Assembly (NCBI GenBank): GCA_963846435.1
Contig: CAWJVX010000001.1
Location: 262,960-326,959, forward strand
DNA from: an uncultured Gemmatimonadales bacterium
GTDB taxonomy: Bacteria; Gemmatimonadota; Gemmatimonadetes; Gemmatimonadales; GWC2-71-9
DNA length: 64,000 nucleotides
Direction: 5' to 3'
Numbering within the stretch: the stretch's first letter is position 1; each line of letters begins with the position of its first letter. Shown here piece by piece: positions 22,925 to 35,158 of this stretch. The translations under genes and the position numbers were made by a program. The notes under the pieces are model-generated. The model had not been told where the DNA came from, did not search any database, and saw only the letters and a list, made by a program, of their open reading frames with translations.

Positions 22925-24048
22925 ATGCGCGCGCCCTGTTTCAGGCCGTCGAGAACTTCCGCCGCCACGTCGTAGGGACTCATCCGACCCGCCACCACCT
23001 GGTCCAGCCGCTCCCCGATGAGCTGCTCGGCGCGGGTCTCCTCCCAGATCCACTTCTGGGTCGCCCGGTCAACCACCTCGCGGGTCCGGTCGGAGAGCCG
23101 CCGCCGGCGCCGCAGTTCCAGCTCGCCTGAGGCGGTCAGGTGTTCGTGATGTCTATCGAGTGCAGCGACGAGATCGGGGATTCCATCGCCCTTCGCTGCA
23201 GTCGTAAGGAGTACAGGCTGTTCCCATGGGCTGTTGGAGGAATTGTCACCCTGAGGGCCTTGGTTGTCACGCCGAGAGCTTGGGTTGTCACCCTGAGGGC
23301 CTGCAAGGCCCGAGGGGGCCGAAACCTCTCGTGTCCTCGATCTCTTCGGGGGCACCTTCACACCCTTGATCCCGTGGTGAGCCGTCATGTGCCGGAACGC
23401 GTTGCCTCTCCGAATCCCCAACGTGACCTCTATCTCCCGGCGCAGGTTCTCGGCGCCCTGCCTATCGGCCTTATTCACGATGAAGATGTCGCCGATCTCC
23501 ATGATCCCGGACTTGAGCGTCTGGATCCCGTCGCCCGACTCAGGCACCAGCACCAGCACCGTCGAGTCCGCCATCCGGGCCACGTCCAGCTCGGACTGAC
23601 CCACGCCCACCGTCTCGACCAGGATCCGGTCGAACCCAGCGGCATCGAGCAGGTCGCACACTTCGCGGGTGGTGGTGGCGAGCCCGCCGAGCGAGCTGCG
23701 GGTGGCCATGGAGCGGATGTAGACGCCCTGGTCCAGGGCGACGGATTCCATGCGGATGCGGTCGCCCAGGAGGGCGCCGCCGGTGAAGGGGCTGGTGGGA
23801 TCGACGGCAATGACGGCGACTTTGAGCCCGGCGGAGCGGTAGGCGGAGACCAGGCGCTCGACCAGGGTGGACTTCCCTGCCCCGGGCGGGCCGGTGATCC
23901 CGATGCGGCGGGCTTTGCCGAGGGACCGGTGGACCTCGGCCAGGAGCTTTTCGAAACCGGGTCGGCCGTTCTCGACCACCGAAATCGCCCGGGCCAGCGC
24001 CGCGGTCTTGCCGGCAACCAGCTCGGAGATCAGGAGATCGAGGTCCAT
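22921..24048 (-). CDS. meaB: Mutase-associated GTPase MeaB/ArgK
   Basis: [44 protein letters not shown]. Confidence 0.93.
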
Positions 24049-24539
24049 GGGTGAAAGGTCGCCAGAGCCGGAGGGTCAGGCAAGCGGGAACGTCACAATG
24101 GCTTGTGGTGCAGGCTCATGCATCGCTTCCTCACCGAGCCGGTCCTCGAGTCGAGGGCTCGACGCGAGTCGTAGGTTTACGCATTTTCAGAGAGATCGTC
24201 ATGCATTAAAACCTCGCTGCAGCACAGCAAGGCATGTGTTGTCGCCGCGTCGCTCAACTGAAATCAGGCGCCACCTGACCCATGTCAGCAGAACGGACTG
24301 AGTCCACCAGTTGGTGTCTTTGGAGATGAGACGCGTGGTTACAGACAAACAGATTCGGGTGGTAGTGCGCTGAGTCGGTGGGAGTTGCCGGGGTCTGTCG
24401 GGCTAGCTCGGCCCTGGTTCGAAACAACGCGCAACGCATTTCCTATCGGCTCACCGCACTGCCTCACTCAGGTTCTCATGGTTCGCCCTAAGGACTGTCT
24501 TTCACACTTACTCCGTGAGTCCAAGGGGGGAGGCCGTCG

Positions 24540-24650
24540 CCGCTACCCGCGGGATTGCTTCGGCGGTTACCCACCTCGCAATGACTCCCATTCCTTCCCC
24601 ACCCTACCGCCCTACCGCCGCCGCTACCGCCGCTTTATCTACCGCCTTCC
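24540..24650. repeat. REP-like arm plus (CTACCGCC)-type repeats
   Basis: gattgcttcggcggttacccacctcgcaatgac followed by ctaccgccctaccgccgccgctaccgcc. Confidence 0.6.
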
Positions 24651-26615
24651 TCTCTCACCCGGATGGGCAGGGTCACCATCGTCTTGCCGACCCACCGAAG
24701 CCGTTTTTCCACCGCGAGCGCGGTCTCGTTGTGCAGCAAACGGTGATACCACCTCTCCCGCTGAAAGATCATCTTCCCCGCGAAGAACACGACTTTCGGA
24801 AACTCGCGAGCAACTTCCAGGCATAGCTTCTCGGCTTCGGCCACCGCCTCCGTCCCGATGGCCATTCGGCCCACCGCGGGTACCCCTAGACCCGCGGCGA
24901 GCGAGACGTAGTGGGCCAGCATCTCCTCGGTCCGCCGGCGCAAGTCCTCCACCGCATGCTCCCCCTTGAACTCTCCCGAATCGATCACCCCCACCGTCAC
25001 GAACACCAGGCCCTTGAAATGGCCGGGGAAGGATCGAAAGACGTTCAGCACGGTGTGGATCCCTACTCCGCCGTAGGAGCCCACCAGCACGGCAGCGGCA
25101 GGTTTCTGGGGATCGACCTGCCCGAGCGCCCCGGTCGGCCGGGTTGGCGTCGTACGGGGAAGGTCGCCGAGCTCACGATACAGCCGGTCGAGCTGGGTGT
25201 TTACCGTGCGATAGTGCCGCCGGATGACAAAGCAGAGACCGATGACGGCTATGGTGATGACAATGGTGACCCAGCCGCCCTCCGCGAACTTTTCGTAGGT
25301 CGTCGTAACGAGAATCGTGGCGCAAAGCACGAAGCCGGCGGCAAAGAGCGCCAGGCGCCGGCGCCACTCGCGGTCGCGTCCGGCGGTGCTGGTGCCAGAA
25401 GCGCAGCATGGCCAGCATGGAGAGCGAGAAGGTCAGGAAGACGTTGATGCTGTACATCACCACCAGGTGACCCACATTGCCCACTGGTGTAGACCAGCGC
25501 CGCCAGCGCGGCCGCGCCCATCAGGAGGATCCCGTTCTGGGTGGTGAGACGCTCGGAAAGCGCGGCGAACCGGTGAGGCACCCAGGAGTCGACCGCCATG
25601 TTGGCCAATACCCGGGGGCCGTCGATGAACCCCGCCTGCGCCGCCACCACGAGCAGCGCCGCCTCCGAGAAGAGCGTGACCACAACGAAGGTCTCACCGA
25701 AGGGAAGTCCTCCAGCCAGGCTCTCGGTCAGCACGGCGTTCATGGTCTTCCCCGGGACCGGCGCGACCTGCCACAGCAGGTAGCAGAGCAGGAGGCCAGA
25801 CGCGGTGAAGGCGAGCGATGTGCCCATGTACACCATGGTGCGCTTGCCGGTCTCGACCTTGGGTTCCCGCATGATCGGCAGGCCGTTGGACACCGCCTCG
25901 ATGCCGGTATAGGTGCCGCCGCCGAGTGAGTAGGCCCGGAGGAAGAGCAGCAGCAGGCCACCGATGCCCAGCGTGGCGGCACCATCCGCGAAGCCCTCCC
26001 GGACGGCGCGCGCGGTCGCGGGCAGCTCCGGCAGGTGCCCCAGGATGCCGCCGCCGATGAGCACAGCGTGGGTCACCAGGAAGAGGAGAAACACCGGCAG
26101 CAGGGCGATCACCGACTCACGGACGCCCCGGATGTTCAGGGTCGTGAGGCCCAGGATCAAGCCGAGCTCGACCGGCTGCTTCCACCCGTGCCACTCCAGC
26201 GGCAGGAAGCTGAACAGCGCGTCACCCGCGGCCGCGATCGAGATGGTGATGGTGAGGACGTAGTCCACCAGCAGCGCGGAGCCGGAGACGACCCCGGTAC
26301 TGGGCCCAAGCAGGTTGCTTGCCACGACGTATCCGCCGCCGCCGCTGGGGAACTCCTCGATGATGCGGCGGTAGGCGGCCGAGATGAGCAGCACGGTGAT
26401 GGCCATGAGCGCCGCCAGCGCCACCGCCAGGTAGGTGTGCTGTCCGAGCGCCTTGAACGCCTCCTCGGGGCCGTAGGCGGAGGAGGACAGCCCGTCGGCT
26501 CCCAGGCCGACCCATGCCAGGAAAGGGATGAGCGACAGCCGGTGAAAGAGCCGGCGGTCCCGCAGGTCGCGCGGGGCCACCGACGATCAGGCGGCGCAGT
26601 CGAGGACTCGAGCAT
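24635..26615 (-). CDS. APC-superfamily permease, KimA/YdaO(KUP)-like K+ transporter; frameshifts near 25380, 25480 and 26580
   Basis: DGLSSSAYGPEE, FPSGGGGY, LLVDYVLTITIS, TGIEAVSNG, KFAEGGW, C-terminal RLLHNETA. Confidence 0.8.
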
Positions 26616-26708
26616 GACGAGAAGTCTGTCGCCCGGAGAACGTCCTGTCAGCCCGGCGCCGGCAATCTTGATGGAATCTTGATGGCGGGACACCGTAGAT
26701 TTGCTGGC

Positions 26709-28262
26709 ATGATGCGCCTTCTGGAGGGTACGACGGATCAGCGAGTATGCCTGGTCTGTTTGCATCATTCTCGCCACCACCGTCGTGGGGCTGCTACTCC
26801 GCCGGGATCTGCAGATCATCGACGTGGCGATGCTGTTCCTGCTCGCGGTGGTTGTGGTGGGCTATCGCTATCGGCGGGGGCCTGCTCTCCTCGCATCGCT
26901 GCTCAGCATCGCCGCCTTCGATCTCCTCTTTGTCCCGCCGTACTACGCCTTCCACGTCCAGGACCCTGCCTACTACCTCACCTTCGGCGTGATGCTCGCG
27001 GTGGCGTTGAGCATGGGCCAGCTCACCGCCCGTATTCGGGAACAGGTGCAGGATGCCAGTGAGCGCGAAACCCGTGCCCGGGCGCTGTACGCGTTGAGCC
27101 GCGACCTGTCCGCGAGTGAAAGCCTCCAGGACCAGCTTGGCATCGCGACCCGGCACCTCGCCGAAGCGGGACACGGCGAGGCCCAGGTGTTCCTCGACGG
27201 AGTCGATGGTGCCCGGGCGGAGGAATGGCCGGCCGAAGGACTCTTCGAGAGCCTCGACGTCAGAGTGGCAGCGACCTGGGCATTCCGGAACGGCGAGAGC
27301 GCCGGCGCGGGGCACCCGTCACTGCGCCGAAGCCGAAGCCCTGGTGGTGCCGCTGAAGAGCTCCCACCGGACTCTCGGCGTGGTCACCATCCACCCCACG
27401 TCGCACGACGACCTTCTGCCGGAGCCGGAGCGGGAGACGGTGGAGGCGCTCGCCGGGCAAGCGGCGGCGGCGTTCGAGCGTGCCATCCTTTCTCAGGCCC
27501 AGGAACACACCCGCGTGGAGGTCGAGTCCGAGCGGCTTCGCACCGCGCTGCTGAGCTCGCTGTCTCACGATCTCCGCACGCCGCTCGGCAGCATCGAGGG
27601 TGCCGCCAGCAGCCTGCTTCAGGAGTCCGGCGGGCTGTCACGCCGAAGCCCAACGGGAGATGGCGGAAACCATTCTCGAGGAATCCCGCCGGATGACACG
27701 GCTGGTCACCAATCTCCTGGACATGGTGCGGGTGGAGAGCCGATGCCCTGGCAGTGCACAAGCAGTGGCAGCCGCTGGAGGAGGCGCTCGGGGTTGCCCT
27801 CTTGCGACTGGAGGAGCGCCTGGCCGGGCATGCCGTCACCACTGAGCTGAGACCGGATCTCCCGCTGGTGCCGATCGACGAGCTGCTCATCGAGCAGGTC
27901 TTCATCAACCTCCTGGAGAATGCGGCGAAATACACGCCCCGGGGAACCCCCATCAGAGTATCCGCGTGGGCCGAGCGCCGATGCCGTAACGGTCGAGGTT
28001 GCTCGACCGTGGGCCAGGGATACCACCGGGTGACGAGGAGAGCGTATTCCGGAAGTTCCATCGAACGGCGCGGACGGATGATGCCGGCCCCGCGGGCGGT
28101 TCCGGCCTGGGCCTGACGATCTGCCGTGGCATCATCGCCGCCCACGGTGGCCGGATCTGGCTGGAAGCCGGCCAGGGCGCCGGAGCCTGCTTCCGCTTCA
28201 CCCTTCCGCTCGAGGGTCCGCCTGTGCCCACGCTGCCGGCTGAGGCAGCGGCAGAGCGCTGA
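26709..28262 (+). CDS. kdpD: KdpD-like sensor histidine kinase (DUF4118-GAF-HisKA-HATPase), several frameshifts, start approximate
   Basis: AMLFLLAVV...FDLLFVPPYYAF, ERLRTALLSSLSHDLRTPL, NLLENAAKYTP, DRGPGI, GSGLGL. Confidence 0.8.
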
Positions 28263-28265
28263 CCG

Positions 28266-28965
<700 letters not shown>

Positions 28966-28967
28966 GT

Positions 28968-29245
28968 GTGGCGGGCAGGCGGGCAGGCGGTAGATGAAGC
29001 GGCGGTAGGCGGGTGGACGGGCAAGCGAGTCATCCCGAGCGTAGCGAGAGCCTGCCCCGAGCAATCAAGGCGAGGGGGATCGGCCCGGCAAACGTCGGCC
29101 CATGGAGCCTTTCTTGCCGACGTAAACCCACCCGATTTCTCGCTACGCTCGAAATGACACCCTTGCGCCCGGCCGCCTGGTCGCCCGGTCGCCCGGTCGC
29201 CCTTACCGCCGTACCGCCTTACCGCCCGTCCGCCCGTCCGCCGCC
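28968..29245. repeat. Compound REP-like element (octamer tracts, paired arms, nested type-B unit)
   Basis: gtcatcccgagcgtagcgag (29029-29048) ... gatttctcgctacgctcgaaatgaca (~29134-29159), flanked by gcgggcag and ggtcgccc/taccgcc repeats. Confidence 0.8.
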
Positions 29246-30214
29246 CGCAGGAGCGCTGCGAGTGCGAACGGTCGCGCGGCGTAGGCCCGCTTCCAGTCAG
29301 GGCGGGTCTCCTCCAGGAGGAGGGCGATGGCCGCGCCGAGCGGATAGAAGGCGACCCGCCGTTGGCGGCCCAACGCCAGTTGGTCCAGCTCCCGTCGCAG
29401 ACTTCGGCGCGCTCCTTCGGCGGCTCCGCTGTATGGCTGGTAGTCCGATACGCTCCGGAATGCAGTCGCGGACTCCCCGACTCGGCGCCTTCCCGGGCGA
29501 CCGCGTACTCGATGAAGCGCGCCACACCTTCCTGCCACAGCTGGAACTCGAAGTACCGATAGTCCGCGGGGGACAAACGGCTGCGCAACGTGTCTCGAGC
29601 AGCCACGACAGCTTTCACCGCTCTGGGCGTCGGGGTGGCATCAAGGGCCCGGCCGAGCGCGCTGGCCAGACGGCGGACGGCCTGCTGCACCGGGCCGGAG
29701 TCGTAGGGGAAGGCGTAGTCCAGCATCCATTGCCCGGTCGAGTCGCCATGGGCCAGGTCGAGCCGCGCCACGCCCGCGTAATAGCCGGGCTCCGAGTACT
29801 GCCATTGGTGGAAGTGCTCGTGGAGCAGGGTCAGTACCCAGGCGGTTGACGATTTGCCGGTCAGCTCGGCGGATCCGACGACGAGGTGGGGATCCCACTC
29901 ACGGCCGGGAAAGTGGCGAGCAGGGTTGGGAGGAACTGCCGCGGACGGGTCCAGACCTCCTGCTTCATGAGGCTGTCGTAGCCCTGCCGGGCAAAGTCCG
30001 CACTCGGCCGGGAATGGCCGACGAGAAATTCGATCGAGTCGGTGACGAGCAGCACCCCGAACGGCGTGCGTCCCCAGCCGGGCCAGACGTCCTCGCACAC
30101 TTCGTCCGCGAGCCGGAAAGCCTCGGCCAGACGCACCCGATCGAGGCGGGGCAGTTGAGGAGGCGCGGCTGTTCCGAGGAGCCAGAGAATCGAACAACAG
30201 ACTGAGCGCCGCAT
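29203..30214 (-). CDS. Secreted gluzincin-type metallopeptidase-like protein; frameshifts near 29880 and 29475
   Basis: Signal peptide; LLHEHFHQWQ plus downstream QEGVARFIE. Confidence 0.65.
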
Positions 30215-30383
30215 CGAGCTTCTCCAGGGTCGCGTTGGTGGGACGGATGTTCGAAGCGTTCGAAGCGTCGCACCGCGCGGCAGGCGCCACCAGGGTTCCT
30301 GCTTCCGCCTCTCGCTCGAGATGACCTAGATTAAGGCGGTCAGGTGGTAAGGCGGGATGGTAAACCTTAAGGGACTCACAGTC

Positions 30384-30857
30384 ATGCGCCAGATACTCGC
30401 CGTAGCAGTACTGCTCGTCACCTGGCTCGCTCTTCCACGCCGCGCCGCGGCTCAATCGCCGTCCCTCACATTGGCAGCCGCAACCCGGATCGCCGACGCT
30501 GCCCAGGCCGAGGCGACCCGCAACCAGTGGAATGTGGTGATCGCCATACTGGACGGCGGTGGTCATCTGCTGCATCTCCGGCGCATGGACGGCGCCCAGC
30601 TCGGCAGCGTTGTCGTCGCCCAGGACAAGGGCAAGTCGGCCGTGCTGTTCCGCCGCCCCACGAAAGCGTTTGCCGATGCCGTGGCGTCCGGTCGCATCGG
30701 CGTGCTCCGCCTGGCCGGCGCGATGCCAATCGAGGGCGGTGTTCCACTCCTCGTGGGAGATCAAGTAGTTGGCGCCATCGGGGTCAGCGGCGTGACCTCG
30801 GAGCAGGACGGCCAAATCGCGCAGGCGGGGGCAAAAGCCTTGTCGGCTGGGCGATGA
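30384..30857 (+). CDS. GlcG/HbpS family heme-binding protein with signal peptide
   Basis: IAILDGGGHL..L.RMDGA..GS...AQDKGKSA..F.RPTK, IEGGVPL, GAIGVSG. Confidence 0.9.
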   Translation: MRQILAVAVLLVTWLALPRRAAAQSPSLTLAAATRIADAAQAEATRNQWNVVIAILDGGGHLLHLRRMDGAQLGSVVVAQDKGKSAVLFRRPTKAFADAVASGRIGVLRLAGAMPIEGGVPLLVGDQVVGAIGVSGVTSEQDGQIAQAGAKALSAGR

Positions 30858-30897
30858 GGCGTCCGTTCGAGATCGCGATTGTGACGTCTCATTAAGC

Positions 30898-30988
30898 GAT
30901 CCCTCGCTACGCTCGGGATGACTCGCTTGTCCGTCCGACCGTCCGACCGTCCGACTGTCCGCCCGACCGCCCGTCCGCCGGTCCGCCC
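30898..30988. repeat. REP-like right arm plus (CCGTCCGA)n
   Basis: gatccctcgctacgctcgggatgactcgcttgtccgtccgaccgtccgaccgtccga. Confidence 0.8.
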
Positions 30989-32041
30989 GTGCTGATCACC
31001 GACCACAGACTTCATAACCAGCGGATCACTCGCCCCGGTCCGGCCGGCGCGGCGAAGATGGTCGCCTGGCTGGGAGCGGTGCAGGCCCAGGAATACGGAC
31101 CGGCCAAGTGGGCGCTCGGCCTCCGCCTGCCGCCGAGGGCCACCGACGCGGCACTGAACCGGGCACTCGACCAGGGAAGAATTCTCCGCACCCACCTCCT
31201 CCGTCCCACCTGGCACTTCGTCACTCCGGGCGACATCCGCTGGATGCTGGAGCTCACCGCGCCCCACGTGCATCGCACCATGTCGTCCTACGACCGGCTG
31301 CTGGGTCTCGATGCCGGGTTGATGACTCGCGCAACCGGTGTCATCGAGCGCGCACTGGGCGATCGTGGGTATCTGACCCGCCGGGAGCTCGGCGCCCACC
31401 TCGAGCGTGCGGGGCTACCCGGCAGGTCCAGGGAACTGGCGCACATCGCGATGCACGCCGAGCTCGAGGGCGTCATCTGCAGCGGCCCCCGCCGGGGTAA
31501 GCAGTTCACCTACGCGCTTCTCGCCGATCGGGCCCCGGCCGCTCCGCGCCTGTCCCGCGATGAGGCTCTGGCCGAGCTGGCTCGCCGCTACTTCACCAGC
31601 CACGGCCCCGCCACCATCCGTGACTTCATCTGGTGGTCCGGACTCAGGACGGCCGATGCCAAACGAGGTCTGGAGATGAACCGGGCCCGGTCTCACGACA
31701 TGGACGGTCTAAAGTACTGGTCCCTCGGCCGCACAGCCGCTCGTCCCCCAGGCCGGAAGACCGGCGTGCATCTGTTGCCGATATACGACGAGTACCTGGT
31801 CTCGTACCGGGACCATCAGGCGGTGCCGCGTCCGGCCTACGTGCTGGGCGGCTTTCAGCATGCGCTCGTGATCGCCGGGCAGGTGGCGGGCACGTGGAGA
31901 ACGGTTCCCGGTCCAAAGAAGGTCATGGTGAACGTGACAACCCTGAGGCGGCTCACCCCGGCCGAGCGGCGTGGGCTGACCCAGGCCGCGGCACGCTACG
32001 GGCGCTTTCTCGGGGCTCCGCTGTCGCTGTCGGTCACCTGA
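30989..32041 (+). CDS. AlkZ/YcaQ (HTH_42) winged-helix DNA glycosylase family
   Basis: GAVQAQE (QxQ), LRTHLLRPTWHFV, YFTSHGPAT..DF.WWSGL, HLLPIYDEYL. Confidence 0.85.
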   Translation: MLITDHRLHNQRITRPGPAGAAKMVAWLGAVQAQEYGPAKWALGLRLPPRATDAALNRALDQGRILRTHLLRPTWHFVTPGDIRWMLELTAPHVHRTMSSYDRLLGLDAGLMTRATGVIERALGDRGYLTRRELGAHLERAGLPGRSRELAHIAMHAELEGVICSGPRRGKQFTYALLADRAPAAPRLSRDEALAELARRYFTSHGPATIRDFIWWSGLRTADAKRGLEMNRARSHDMDGLKYWSLGRTAARPPGRKTGVHLLPIYDEYLVSYRDHQAVPRPAYVLGGFQHALVIAGQVAGTWRTVPGPKKVMVNVTTLRRLTPAERRGLTQAAARYGRFLGAPLSLSVT

Positions 32042-32213
32042 CGCTTGATTGGGTGTTTGTGGCGGCAAGACCGGTCACCGGTAGGCCACCCGGTATTGCA
32101 TCGTGCGCCGCGGCTGTCGAATTTGCGGGCCTCTGGTTCGACGAACTGAGACCAGGAGATTGTTGCCAATGGCGCAACTTCACATGCAACCAGCGGACAC
32201 GCTGTACTGACCC

Positions 32214-33176
<963 letters not shown>

Positions 33177-33180
<4 letters not shown>

Positions 33181-34010
33181 CCACCGACGTCCTCCTCCCA
33201 CGGGCGAGCGGACCCACCAGCTGCTCGCGACGCGGGCCCGGCCCCGGCCCGCGTCGGCCGCTGTCCGCCGTGCTGACCCTCGCCTGGCGCGCGATGCTCA
33301 AGATCAAGCACGTGCCGTTCCAGCTCTTCGACGTGACCGTGATGCCGATCATGTTCACGCTGCTGTTCACCTACATGTTCGGCGGCGCGCTCGCGGGCTC
33401 GCCGCGGCGAGTACATCCAGTACCTGCTGCCCGGGATCCTGGTGCAGACCGTCATCTTCATCACGGTGTACACCGGCATGGGCCTCAACACCGACATCCA
33501 CGAAGGGCCTGTTCGACCGCTTCCGCTCGCTGCCGATGTGGCAGCCGGCGCCCCTCCTCGGCGCGCTGGCGGGCGACCTCTTCCGCTACTCGGTCGCGTC
33601 GACGCTGATCCTGGTCGTCGGCTTCATCCTCGGCTTCCGGCCCCAGGGCGGCGCGGTGGGCGTGCTGCTGGCCGTCGCGCTGGTGCTGGTGTTCGCCTTC
33701 GCCCTGTCCTGGCTCTGGATCATCGTCGGGATGCTGGTCCGGACGCCCGAGTCGGTCATGACGACGAGCTTCATCTTCCTCATGCCGCTCACGTTCGCCA
33801 GCAACATCTTCGTGGAGCTCAGAGACCATGCCGGGCTGGCTGCAGGCGGTCGTCGGCCACAACCCGGTGACCCACCTGGCCAACGCGTCGCGCGGGCTCA
33901 TGCACGGCAGCCGGTGGGGACTGACGTCGCCTGGGTGCTGGTCGGCCTCGGCGGTCATCGTGCTGGTGGCCGCGCCGATCGCGATGCGGATGTACCGGAA
34001 GGAGCGTTGA
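33177..34010 (+). CDS. DrrB-type ABC-2 permease, several frameshifts
   Basis: [40 protein letters not shown]...NPVTH. Confidence 0.85.
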
Positions 34011-34189
34011 GGGGGACGGAGGGAACTGCCCCGCTGCCCCGCTACCCCGCTGTCCGCCTGTACACCCGCAGCCCGAGCCTGGGGCTCGACGCAAAAGACC
34101 CGCCCGCCCATCTTCTGGGTGTTGCTGGGTGGAACTTTCTGGGCGTGGCGGCAGTAAGGTGGGCGCGTCCCAGACTCGAGAGGATCTCC

Positions 34190-34528
34190 ATGACCTTCAA
34201 GCCCGCACTCTGGCAGCCGATCGCGGTGGTGTTGAGTGGCATCAACCTGGTTGCAGTCGGATTCGCGGCTGGATCGGCCGAGCCGTGGCATGCCGCGGTT
34301 CACGCGGCGCTCGGGCTGGCGTTCGGGCTATGGGCTCAGCGCCTGCGGCCCGGCCCCGTCGGAAGCGAGAGCCAGGTCCGGCTCGAGGTGTTCGACGCCC
34401 TCGAAGCGCTCGAGGCCGACGTCAGCACCATGCGGCGCGAGCTGAGCGAGACGCAGGAGCGCCTGGACTTCGCCGAGCGGCTGCTGGCGCAGGGATCCGA
34501 GTCGCGCCGAGTGGGTCCGGAGCGCTAG
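34190..34528 (+). CDS. Hypothetical membrane protein with C-terminal coiled coil (ERLDFAERLL)
   Basis: RBS gagagga, two TM segments, QERLDFAERLL motif. Confidence 0.75.
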   Translation: MTFKPALWQPIAVVLSGINLVAVGFAAGSAEPWHAAVHAALGLAFGLWAQRLRPGPVGSESQVRLEVFDALEALEADVSTMRRELSETQERLDFAERLLAQGSESRRVGPER

Positions 34529-34663
34529 GGGCCGGGGCAACCCGACATAGCAAGCCGAACCGTGCTGCCTGGCAAGCGCCGTGTTGGCTTGTGGGGGAGC
34601 GCAAACAAGCGGGATAGCAACTCCTCCACGCCTCTATTATTTGGTACCCCAACGAGAGAGCTC

Positions 34664-35096
34664 ATGCGCGACTGGCGCAGAGCTACAAGGCGCACGCCGA
34701 TTCCTACCTCCGTACGATTTCTTCATCGCGCCGGTTCTCGTCATCAATGTCATCGTTGAGCTCGCTCGACTTTACGAGTACGAGACGCTGTATCATGCCT
34801 GGGCGGTGACGGTGGCGATCGCACTCCTCGGACTGGGATTGATGGCCTGAGCGATGGCGCTGACCGCTCAGACGCGGGTGATCAGGCTCGAGGAACGCCT
34901 ACGGCTTCAGAAACTGATGCGCGTCGAAGAGCATGCCACCATCGGAACGCTCAGGCCATCGCAACTGGTAGGGCTCCGCTTCGCTTCGGATGAGGAGGCG
35001 CGGAGCTCGCTCGACGCTGCGCCGCCGGTGATCTCAAATCGTCAGGCGATTCGAGAAACAGGTGAGAATTGGAGAGCGGATCGCTTGAGAGTGTAG
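34664..35096 (+). pseudogene. DUF6526-like membrane protein, disrupted
   Basis: QSYKAH, VIRLEERLR, QLVGLRFASDEE; in-frame TGA at 34848-34850 plus indels. Confidence 0.65.
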
Positions 35097-35158
35097 CGGC
35101 CTACCTCGTACGGAACTCTTCCGGGATGAGATGGAAGATTCAGGTATTCCGGAGGCGG

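Noticed and set aside
24050-24520. Possible cobalamin riboswitch or small gene upstream of meaB
   Set aside because: No B12-box or conserved riboswitch core found by eye; the 61-aa ORF at 24254-24439 has no recognisable features
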